Below are positions 40,783-49,830 of a stretch of DNA of 64,000 nucleotides, in pieces. Positions within the stretch are counted from its first letter, which is position 1, and each line of letters begins with the position of its first letter. This stretch comes from Ignavibacteriota bacterium (GTDB taxonomy: Bacteria > Bacteroidota > Ignavibacteria > UBA10030), in contig OY969585.1 in NCBI GenBank assembly GCA_963701295.1, positions 1-64,000 of the forward strand, in the 5' to 3' direction. A program made the translations under genes and the position numbers. A model generated the notes under the pieces. The model ran no database searches and had not been told where the DNA came from. It saw only the letters and a list, made by a program, of their open reading frames with translations.

Positions 40783-42972
40783 CTACAATTTTTCCAGTAT
40801 ATATTTTGTGATTGTCTCAAATAAATAGACTCGAGTATTACCGCCAGCTATACTATGGTTCTTATTCACATAAAATTGAATATCAAAATGTTTTCCTGCT
40901 TTTTGAAGCGCATCTACTAACTGCATGGTGTTCTGCCAATGAACATTGTCATCTGTAGTTCCGTGAACAATCAGTAAATTTCCTCGTAATTGATCGACAT
41001 ACGAGAGTGCTGAGCTTTCTTTATAGCCTTCAGGGTTCTCCGCCGGAAGACCCATATAGCGTTCCGTATATATATCATCATACAAATGCCAATCGGTTAC
41101 CGGTGCAACTGCCACCGCTGTTTTGAAAGTCTGATTTGCCCTTAGGATTGAGGACACTGCCATATAACCGCCATAGCTCCACCCCCAGATACCAACTCGT
41201 GTGCTATCAATAAATGATCGAGAGATGAGATATTTGACTCCTTCGCACTGGTCGTTCACTTCCCATTTGCCCAAATTCCTATACACGATATCTCGAAATA
41301 TTTTACCCCGCTTGCCGGTTCCGCGACCGTCGATCCTGACAACTACATATCCTTTCTGCGCTAACATACGATGCCAGAGATCGGTGGAACCGCCCCATGA
41401 ATTCACGACATTCTGGGAATTCGGGCCACCATAAATATAAATAAGCAAAGGATATTTTTGAGCTTGATTGAAGTCAGGCGGCTTAATCATCGAAGCATTC
41501 AATGTTACTCCATCAGAAGTAGAAATTTGAAAGAACTCTTCAGGTGCCAGATGCAAATCTACAATCGATAGGTTCATATTCTCTTCGACAATCTGGTTCT
41601 TCTTTCCATCAGTTGAAACGACCTCTATTTTAGGAGGCATATTTGTGTTTGAATATGTATCTAGAAAATTCTGTTCATCGGGGGCAAGATTGGGTGAGTG
41701 AGTAAATCCCTCAGCCGTTAATTGCTTCATACCGGTCCCGTCATAACGGATGGAATAGAAATGACGTTCAATGGGTGTCTTTACTGATGCGGTAAAATAG
41801 ATTACCTGCCGGTCTTCATCGATCCCGGAAATTCCCTCAACCTCCCATTCACCTTTTGTGATCTGTGTTGTCTTCTTCGTGACAAGGTCAACTAGAAAAA
41901 TGTGTGCATAGCCATCTTTATCTGAGATACGAAAAAACTGTTTACCGGATTTTAACAAAAAGGCTTCGTACCCTTCTTCTATCCAAGTCTTTGATTCTTC
42001 TGTCAGGAGAACTGAGGACTTGCCTGATTCAATATTTGCTTCGAGGAATTCCAGTTTGTTCTGCAATCGATTCAACCGCTGGATGAGCAGTCGCTTACCA
42101 TCCGGGAACCACTGCATACGTGGAATATAAACATCCTCCTCCTTACCAATATCCATCCACACCGTCTTTTTTGTTTTCAAAGATACAGTACCGATGCGTA
42201 CAATTGAATTTGTATCACCGGCCTTCGGATAGCGCATAGTTTCGACTTCACTCCGCTTGGTCATAAAATCGATCATATGATATTCTGGAACACGGTTTTC
42301 ATCCAACTGCCAGTAGGCAATGCTCGCTCCGTCAGGAGACCAAGCCCAACCATCCGAGATATCGAATTCTTCTTCATAGACCCAATCAAATTTGCCGTTG
42401 ATCAAATGCTCAGTACCATCCGTCGTGAGTTGATTCTCCACCCCTTGTGCAAGATCGATATAATAAATGTTATTTCCGCGAACAAAACCCAACTTTGAAC
42501 CATCAGGTGAAAATTTTTGATTGTACTGTGTCTCGTTTATATTTGTCAATCTCCGCAAATTTTTTCTCTTCAAGTCGTAGAGAAAGTAATTTTCGGCCGG
42601 CGTGAACCTCGAAAAGTATTGTCGCTCAGGATGTGCAGAAACAAAAAGGACTTTCTGTTCATCAGGTGACCATTGATAGCTTGTATATCTCAGGACCGCC
42701 TTGCTTGTGTCGTTATACAATGTGGAAGCATCGATCAAGACTTCACGCTTACCACTGGCAAGTGCATATTTCCAAACCTGAGTCGCTTTCTTTACACTAT
42801 CATATTGTTGATAGCTAAAAGCTTTTCCCCCATCTATCCAGCGAATGCCAGAAAGACTATCGGTGGAATACTTTGAAGATCCAAAAATATCCTGAATTGT
42901 GGGACTCTGCTGCCCTTGGGTTACCGTCAGCGCAAGAGCAATTATTATTGCCAAACTTAACACCTTTTGCAT
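40783..42972 (-). CDS. S9B dipeptidyl-peptidase IV family protein
   Basis: DWVYEEE, YPKAG, GWSYGG nucleophile, DDNVH, catalytic His in NHSI. Confidence 0.95.
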   Translation of the reverse strand: MQKVLSLAIIIALALTVTQGQQSPTIQDIFGSSKYSTDSLSGIRWIDGGKAFSYQQYDSVKKATQVWKYALASGKREVLIDASTLYNDTSKAVLRYTSYQWSPDEQKVLFVSAHPERQYFSRFTPAENYFLYDLKRKNLRRLTNINETQYNQKFSPDGSKLGFVRGNNIYYIDLAQGVENQLTTDGTEHLINGKFDWVYEEEFDISDGWAWSPDGASIAYWQLDENRVPEYHMIDFMTKRSEVETMRYPKAGDTNSIVRIGTVSLKTKKTVWMDIGKEEDVYIPRMQWFPDGKRLLIQRLNRLQNKLEFLEANIESGKSSVLLTEESKTWIEEGYEAFLLKSGKQFFRISDKDGYAHIFLVDLVTKKTTQITKGEWEVEGISGIDEDRQVIYFTASVKTPIERHFYSIRYDGTGMKQLTAEGFTHSPNLAPDEQNFLDTYSNTNMPPKIEVVSTDGKKNQIVEENMNLSIVDLHLAPEEFFQISTSDGVTLNASMIKPPDFNQAQKYPLLIYIYGGPNSQNVVNSWGGSTDLWHRMLAQKGYVVVRIDGRGTGKRGKIFRDIVYRNLGKWEVNDQCEGVKYLISRSFIDSTRVGIWGWSYGGYMAVSSILRANQTFKTAVAVAPVTDWHLYDDIYTERYMGLPAENPEGYKESSALSYVDQLRGNLLIVHGTTDDNVHWQNTMQLVDALQKAGKHFDIQFYVNKNHSIAGGNTRVYLFETITKYILEKL

Positions 42973-43251
42973 ACAACCTCCAAAACAAAACTATTGATAA
43001 CAAAAAATAATTCAAGATTACAGATTTCATTTGTGAGAAAATGACGTCAGAAAATAGAAAAAGACTCAACGAATAACAACAATAAACCTCAACACACCAC
43101 TAGACGCCGGAGTATCAGGAGGCTAACTTCGTCATCGGGGAGACAACACGAGCAACAATCAAATCGTTTGCATATTTATCAACTTCTTCCCCTATCCCCC
43201 TCTCAGATGAGAAAGGAATTTGGGCAAATTTGAATCGTATTACTTTGGTCT

Positions 43252-45156
43252 TTATCGTTTTAGTATATGGTTTATTGCCGTCTTCCGGTGATACAAAAAA
43301 CCAATACATACCCGAGCGTCTTCCGATGCTACGGAAACCTTCCCAGTGTTGTCGATCGCTTTAATATGATAGCTCCAATAGGCATCCTTATCTGCAGGAA
43401 TACTGGTTGGAACAGCAGGAGGACTATCAGTAAAGGATGATGAGGTAATTGAAGTTGAATTTATTTTAGTGTAAGAAGGTGTGCATCCATCATAGTAGAT
43501 AGAACGATAAATGTCGTAGTGGTGATTCCCGGGTTGAGTCATATGAGGATCTATATTCCCTGTCCAAGAAAGTGCGACAGAATCGTAACTTGTATATAAG
43601 CCCTGCACATTCATCGGTTTAGCTGGTGATGCTTGTTCCGGATTATTTACAAAGAGATTCAGATCGAAAACATCTTCTCCATTCGGCCCTACATGTTTCC
43701 CAACAATTTCAACTGCAATAGAAGTTGGGGAATTATTCCAAGTGTTGCTGTTCGGATTGCTCCAAGGTGAAAAAACCTGATTGTACCCAATATTATATGG
43801 ATCTCTAGGATCCCCTTTATATCTGTCAACATGGACTGCTTGTCCATTTTCACAATAATAGAATGCTTCACATATCCATTTACCATTCGATAATTGCTTG
43901 TCAGTAGGCAACATATCTCTTCCATCATAACCCGCCGGATTTGCAATTGTCTGACTAAATGCCGGTATTGGATTGATACCCCAACCAGGACCGGGATTAA
44001 ACCAATACGGAATAATCCAGTTGAACCTTCCTTCAGCAACTTCCATATCGTAGTTTGGCTGTGCAGCTGTCGTATCCTTGATATGATAGATGAAAATGCC
44101 CTTGCCTGGTCTGTCTGTGTTGGGATCATCGTAAATACAAAGCTTTTGATGATTCTGAATGAGAAAAGCTTCTTTAGTTCCAGGGATTGCAATTTTCAAG
44201 ACTTGACCTGTTGTGACATAATCTCCAAGTGTAGCTGATTGGCTATTTAATACGTTGATATAAGGTATCCACCCCAACTTTTGTCTTTCCCATCCCGTGG
44301 CAACATTTCCTTGACCCATCAAAATACCCGACATCCCTGCTGATGCATAACCACTATCATCGCGATTTGAATATTCTGGATGGCCACCACCCAATAAAAG
44401 GTGACCATATTCATGCTTCATAGAAGGCATAAAACCTGCCATACCTTGCCAACCACCGGAATTCGTTATCCCTGAACCAGGAAAACCAAATTTCAGTATT
44501 TTGCCGTTAAGTGTTAAATCTGGTTCATTGATACCCAATGCAGCGACCCCTTGTGCTTTATCTCCTGGAGGATATATACTCTGGCGGTAAAGAACAATAA
44601 TAAGATCCACTATGCCATCGGGTGTATTGGGCGTATGTGCATTTCTGATATCTTTCCAGTTATCATATTCCGCATAGTTGATCTGGGAGTTAAGAGTACC
44701 TAATACTTCCTTCGTTACTTTTCCGTAGGCATTATTGCCTAAATGAAGTGTATCTCTATAATAATTTTCGGTATGTTGTGTAATGACAAAGTAACCCTTT
44801 CCATAAATTTTAAGTGCATCAAAAGACATTTTTCTATAGTAATCCGAAAAACTCCACGGCATGGATACCTGTGCTTCCGTAGAATCTAAATAGGTATTAA
44901 GAAAAACGGGCGCTTGATTAAGTGGCCACTCACTACTCTCTGGGTGGGAATGATCACCCAAGAATTGAATAAATACTGCCAATGCTTTAATCGTGCCTTT
45001 AGAAGTGATATACAAGCCCTTATTGGAAATTGGAGCGCCGTTTTTGTCTTCAACGTTCGGGCGTACTGTGTGGAGATTGATTTGCGGGAATAAATCAATC
45101 GAGAAGAAGAACACAAGAATTAGGGGTGTCAAAAATATTCTAAGTAATGTAGTCAC
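43252..45156 (-). CDS. Secreted M6-like (immune inhibitor A-like) zinc metalloprotease with FnIII-like C-terminal domain
   Basis: Signal peptide, DGIVDLII, HEYGHLLLGGGH, WERQKLGW, FSPWSNPNS; no T9SS CTD at the end. Confidence 0.75.
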   Translation of the reverse strand: MTTLLRIFLTPLILVFFFSIDLFPQINLHTVRPNVEDKNGAPISNKGLYITSKGTIKALAVFIQFLGDHSHPESSEWPLNQAPVFLNTYLDSTEAQVSMPWSFSDYYRKMSFDALKIYGKGYFVITQHTENYYRDTLHLGNNAYGKVTKEVLGTLNSQINYAEYDNWKDIRNAHTPNTPDGIVDLIIVLYRQSIYPPGDKAQGVAALGINEPDLTLNGKILKFGFPGSGITNSGGWQGMAGFMPSMKHEYGHLLLGGGHPEYSNRDDSGYASAGMSGILMGQGNVATGWERQKLGWIPYINVLNSQSATLGDYVTTGQVLKIAIPGTKEAFLIQNHQKLCIYDDPNTDRPGKGIFIYHIKDTTAAQPNYDMEVAEGRFNWIIPYWFNPGPGWGINPIPAFSQTIANPAGYDGRDMLPTDKQLSNGKWICEAFYYCENGQAVHVDRYKGDPRDPYNIGYNQVFSPWSNPNSNTWNNSPTSIAVEIVGKHVGPNGEDVFDLNLFVNNPEQASPAKPMNVQGLYTSYDSVALSWTGNIDPHMTQPGNHHYDIYRSIYYDGCTPSYTKINSTSITSSSFTDSPPAVPTSIPADKDAYWSYHIKAIDNTGKVSVASEDARVCIGFLYHRKTAINHILKR

Positions 45157-45902
45157 GCAGGTATGTCTTGTATTATATATAAGTTGAAATATATCAGAAG
45201 CAATGTAACAATTTTTTTCTAAACCGCAGTAGGGTTATAAAAATAATCCGAAGAAATAAAGTGTATTGTTCTGGTGGTCAATAATTGAAAGTTTTCAGTG
45301 TGGCAGTCTACTCCCGCTTCGCAGAATCGCGATCGCATGGCACTAAAAGTGCTACGGATTTATGCAATCGATCGCTAAGGCGTACCACATAACAAAATAG
45401 TGGGAATGTTTATGGAGAAAAGTGTTTTAATTTTATTCATGCCTATGATTACCTGATGTGAAACCGCTAAACCGCCTGCATCAGAAACATTCTTCCTTTA
45501 TCAGATAGCCAGGGCTTGTTAATGGATAAATACCAACTTATCATTGGCTCGTAATCTGGGGCAGGGCAATCAAAAAGCGATGTATGAAATCAGGTCATCG
45601 CATGCTCGCGGAACATCAATCCTAAAGGAAATATCCTTTTTCCCATGAAGGGCGATTTAATCGTGACACCCATCACAGTTAAACTTAAATATAAATGAGA
45701 TGAGTTAAACCAAATAGCAATTATACAGTTCTAATATATGTTATAAAAAATAGTTAGAAGTAGGGAAATCATTCGGGGACAGGTTATTCTTGCCCCAGTA
45801 ATCTTGACTGTGAGAGGTAATTTGTTCCACATCTTCAAGAGCTTTATATAGTCTTTCACGTGGAAAAGAGGGATGGTTGATTGAAATCTGATGTCATAAT
45901 CT

Positions 45903-45917
45903 TGGTACAGAACTTGG
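45903..45917 (+). promoter_or_regulatory. Candidate sigma54 -24/-12 promoter of the pilin-like gene
   Basis: TGGTACAGAACTTGG vs consensus TGGCACG-N4-TTGC, about 80 bp before ATG. Confidence 0.4.
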
Positions 45918-45994
45918 ATATATTACATTGACGGGACGAATTGGATAACAAAAGCATTTCATTTTATACTTAATATTTTATTGGAGGTTTCATT

Positions 45995-46378
45995 ATGGGA
46001 CAACAACAATTATTGCTTATCATCCTCGGCGTTATCATTGTCGGTATCGCAATTGCCGTCGGATTAAGCTTGTTTACCGCAAACAGTATTCAGGCAAACA
46101 AAGATGCTATAATTAACGATGTTAACAATATTGCCGCAAATGCATATCAGTATAGAATTCGTACAACAACTATGGGTGGTGGTAATAATGCTTATGACGG
46201 CTATAACATTCCATCAAGACTGTCGTCGAATTCTAATGCTACATACGTTGCAGTTGGAGCCGGTCAAACCTGTACAATTACAGGTGCTTCTATAGCAAAC
46301 TCAGGCTGCACAGTTGTAGGATCTGTAGATGCAACCGGCAAATTGACTTTGAGTTTCACAGGATCAGATTTCCAGTAA
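45995..46378 (+). CDS. Pilin-like protein of the MGQQQLLLI family
   Basis: MG|QQQLLLIILGVIIVGIAIAVG hydrophobic helix, small globular head with two Cys; GGAGG RBS. Confidence 0.75.
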   Translation: MGQQQLLLIILGVIIVGIAIAVGLSLFTANSIQANKDAIINDVNNIAANAYQYRIRTTTMGGGNNAYDGYNIPSRLSSNSNATYVAVGAGQTCTITGASIANSGCTVVGSVDATGKLTLSFTGSDFQ

Positions 46379-46418
46379 GCTCCATACCTGAAAAAGGCAT
46401 AGAAGTTTTTTCTGTCGT

Positions 46419-46456
46419 CCCAACCATCTTCTGCACGAAGATGGTTGGGCTTTTTT
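46419..46456 (+). terminator. Intrinsic terminator
   Basis: CCCAACCATCTTC-tgcac-GAAGATGGTTGGG-CTTTTTT. Confidence 0.88.
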
Positions 46457-47152
46457 ATGTGCCTAAGGCTAAAAGAGCCGGAGGATAGAGCTATCACTGG
46501 CAACAGCCTGAGTCTCATTTCATTTACTTTCGATTTCCTCATGAACAGTACACACCAGTGCATTAGCTGAAGAATAGCTTTCATGTCGTCTTCCGTTCGA
46601 GATCGCATACATGGTTCTCCACACATTGTATGCAAACCATTGGCGCAAATATAATCTACCGTGTTACATCACAACCTTAGGCAGATTTACAATATTTATG
46701 GTGAGCATAGGATTAGTGCAAAATTGTAAGCCAGAGACTTATGAACCTTCACTCAAAAGTGAAGTGAATGGAACTCAGTCCGATCGGATAATCAGAGAGC
46801 ATTGTTTGAAATGGAAATTCCAAGACGAAGAAGGATTCTATTGAAACCGATGAAATTTACTTGGTCTTAGTGTAAAATAAGAGAGAGAGAATGAAATCCA
46901 ACAGTATATGCTATCTCAGAAATATTCTTATCTTTAGTAAGTAATAATTCGATAGTTCTTTTTAAGCAAATAATTCGTATGAATTCTTTTACCGGTTGAC
47001 CCAAGACAGCATGTATTTTGCGGTATAATTTCATTTTATTGTATTTAAGGAAAAAATTTGAAGAGTGCAGGAGTCGCCCAAACTGATTTTGTTTCTTGCA
47101 GGGGCATAATTCTTTAACTAACCAATTTCAATCGATTCAATAATTGACAACA

Positions 47153-49033
47153 ATGAAAAAACTTGCGCACATCATGGCATTTCTCATCGCCATTGCCACT
47201 GCCACACCGGTCTTTTCGGGAAACGGTTATAAAAACTTTGAGGTTGCCGTCTACGCCCGCGCTTATGAAGTACGAAAAATGGACAGCTTGCAATGGCTCG
47301 AACCAATATGGAACGAAATTTCCCAACAAGTAAAGATCGATAAAATCTATCTTGAAACCCATCGCGACCAGATACTAGTTGATGAGAAAACAATTGAATC
47401 AGCCAAAAAGTTTTTCGAAACAAGGGGTGTAAAAGTTGCGGGAGGTATTACCTATACAATTAACGAGAGCAACCGTTATCAGACATTTTGTTATACAAAC
47501 CCCGAACACCGGAAGAAAGTAAAGGAAATCGCAGAATATACGGCTAAGCATTTTGATGAAATTATTCTTGACGATTTTTTCTTCACCAACTGCAAATGCG
47601 AATTATGCATCAAGGCCAAAGGGGATTTAACCTGGACCCAATACCGCCTGAAACTCATGAAAGAAGCTGCGCAGGAGTTGGTAATAAAACCTGCTCAAGC
47701 AATAAATCCTAAAGTAAAAATAGTGATTAAATTTCCAAACTGGTACGAACACTTTCAGGGACTGGGTTTTAATTTGGAGGCAGAGCCTAAATTATTTGAC
47801 GGAATTTATACTGGGACAGAAACACGCGATCCTCTTCGCAGCGGACAACATCTCCAGCAATATGAAAGCTATCTCATCTTTCGTTACTTTGAAAACATTA
47901 AACCAGGCGGCAATGGCGGTGGATGGGTTGATCCCGGCGGGATGTTGTATATGGACCGTTATGCGGAACAGCTTTGGATGACACTCTTTGCCAAAGCGCC
48001 TGAAATTACGCTTTTCGATTTCCGACAATTGCAACGACCTATTCATCTCACAGATCGTGCTGAATGGCAGGGATCACACACCAGCTTCGACTTCGACGAA
48101 ATGCTGAAACCAATCCAGTTCCAAAATGGAAAAACGGTAACGTCCACAACCATTGCACGTGCGGCCGGCTATACGTTCGAACACGTTGATTCCATACTTG
48201 GAAAATTGGGAAATCCGATAGGCATTAAGAGCTATAAACCGTATAATTCGCTGGGCGAAGATTTTCTCCAGAATTTTCTTGGTATGGCAGGAATTCCAAT
48301 GGATATTGTGCCCGATTTTCCTGCTGAGGCAAAAATGATTCTCCTTACAGAATCGGCAAAGTTCGACCCCCTCATTATAGACAAAATCAAAGCACAGTTA
48401 TACGCCGGCAAAAACGTAATGATTACATCCGGATTACTCAGGGCATTACAAGGCAAAGGGATCGAAGATATTGTGGAACTCCGAAACACCGACAGAAAAG
48501 TATTGACGAAAGAATTTGTTATCGGCCGGCAAAATAATTGTTTGGCAAAAAAAGAAGTATTGATTCCTCAAATACAATACCTTACCAATGATTCATGGGA
48601 AGATATATCATGCATTGCATCGGGGAGTGGATGGCCTATTCTCCATCAGGCCCGTTATGCAAACGGTTCACTTTTTATATTGATAATTCCCGAAGATTTT
48701 GGCGATCTGTACAATCTGCCCCCCGAAGTTTTAAACAGGATCAGAAGTGTACTGTCACAGGACATCAAAGTACGCATTGAAGGTTCGGCACAAGTCAGCC
48801 TGTTTGTATACGATAACGGTACATTTATAGTGGAATCATTCCTGCCGAAAAAGGTCAATATCAAAATCATAACTGACAACAAGATCAGCAAACTCAATAA
48901 TATTCTTACCGGTGAGGAAATTACCGGTAACGCTGCACAAGCCAATCAGATATGGGGAAGGGAAAAAGAAGAGACTACGGCATTCAACGTTACTGTCAAG
49001 CCACATTCCTACATTGTATTTCAGTGTAGATAA
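47153..49033 (+). CDS. Exported protein, putative glycoside-hydrolase-like
   Basis: Signal peptide; IYLETHR, ILDDFFFTNCKCELC, KFPNWYEH, GTETRDP; architecture reminiscent of GH42-like enzymes (inference). Confidence 0.6.
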   Translation: MKKLAHIMAFLIAIATATPVFSGNGYKNFEVAVYARAYEVRKMDSLQWLEPIWNEISQQVKIDKIYLETHRDQILVDEKTIESAKKFFETRGVKVAGGITYTINESNRYQTFCYTNPEHRKKVKEIAEYTAKHFDEIILDDFFFTNCKCELCIKAKGDLTWTQYRLKLMKEAAQELVIKPAQAINPKVKIVIKFPNWYEHFQGLGFNLEAEPKLFDGIYTGTETRDPLRSGQHLQQYESYLIFRYFENIKPGGNGGGWVDPGGMLYMDRYAEQLWMTLFAKAPEITLFDFRQLQRPIHLTDRAEWQGSHTSFDFDEMLKPIQFQNGKTVTSTTIARAAGYTFEHVDSILGKLGNPIGIKSYKPYNSLGEDFLQNFLGMAGIPMDIVPDFPAEAKMILLTESAKFDPLIIDKIKAQLYAGKNVMITSGLLRALQGKGIEDIVELRNTDRKVLTKEFVIGRQNNCLAKKEVLIPQIQYLTNDSWEDISCIASGSGWPILHQARYANGSLFILIIPEDFGDLYNLPPEVLNRIRSVLSQDIKVRIEGSAQVSLFVYDNGTFIVESFLPKKVNIKIITDNKISKLNNILTGEEITGNAAQANQIWGREKEETTAFNVTVKPHSYIVFQCR

Positions 49034-49193
49034 TGTTATGATACCAACATCAAGATTGCCATTGATCCGGTTACACATGATCAAAAGAGTAAAATATTCC
49101 ATTCTACGTGTGGATATATCACCTGTTATTCGTCCAGGAATAAGAATTTGGCCAGTTGATAAGATAATAACAAATTAATTGCGCCTTACCTAA

Positions 49194-49533
49194 GCGTTCA
49201 AGCATCTTCTCGCTCTTAATTTTTCCGGCAATCACCATAAATATATTCTCAGGAATCGAGAATATCCATGCGCTGATCTCGCCAAGATTTATGACAGGGC
49301 GATTAGTAAACCGAATCTCCATTATGACCAGTTCCCTCATGCAGATGCGAAGAATGCAATGAAGCAAATGGGAATGGGTGAAAGTGTCGTGGACAAATTG
49401 AATAAATTTATGAAATCGATGGATGAGGATAAAATTCTGGACGATGATCGCCATACGCCTGAATACAACAACTACGACAGCAGAAGAGTTCGCATAGGTG
49501 TTTAAATCGGTTTACGAACGGATAAAAGGTTAA
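49194..49533 (+). pseudogene. C-terminal remnant of an NmrA-family NAD(P)-binding protein
   Basis: AFKHLLALNFSG...LAKIYDRAISKPNLHYDQFP...MKQMGMGESVVDKL...TTAEEFA*VFKSVY. Confidence 0.6.
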
Positions 49534-49830
49534 ATATAAAGTATCAATAAATCTTCACACCGATAGAATTCGAGTTGAAGAAATGATAACAACGAACTCT
49601 GGAGCAGAGTTAAAGAGGAGAGGAATATCCACTCAAAGACGAAACATTATACATCCAAGATCAATCGTATAGAGCGAGTAAATGCCATCCTGAATGGCAA
49701 TAAGCGAGGGAAATTCAACATCTTTCTCTCCATCAACCTTGTTTTTCCATCTCAGCAGAATTTGATTTAGGCAAAAAATACACGATATTATATAGAATTG
49801 TTTTTAAAATTTCTGATGAAAGAGCCGCAG

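Noticed and set aside
45300-45720. c-di-GMP or other riboswitch upstream of the pilin-like gene
   Set aside because: No GEMM-type GGCAAA/GCAAA-GNRA architecture or other known aptamer consensus visible; an Rfam scan would settle it
46264-46844. ORFs of 123 aa (minus) and 77 aa (plus) after the pilin-like gene
   Set aside because: No recognisable motifs; one overlaps the terminator and pilin gene in antisense
49583-49660. Possible GxxExxY-family N-terminal remnant (EEYPLKDET)
   Set aside because: Only about 9 residues of resemblance; insufficient
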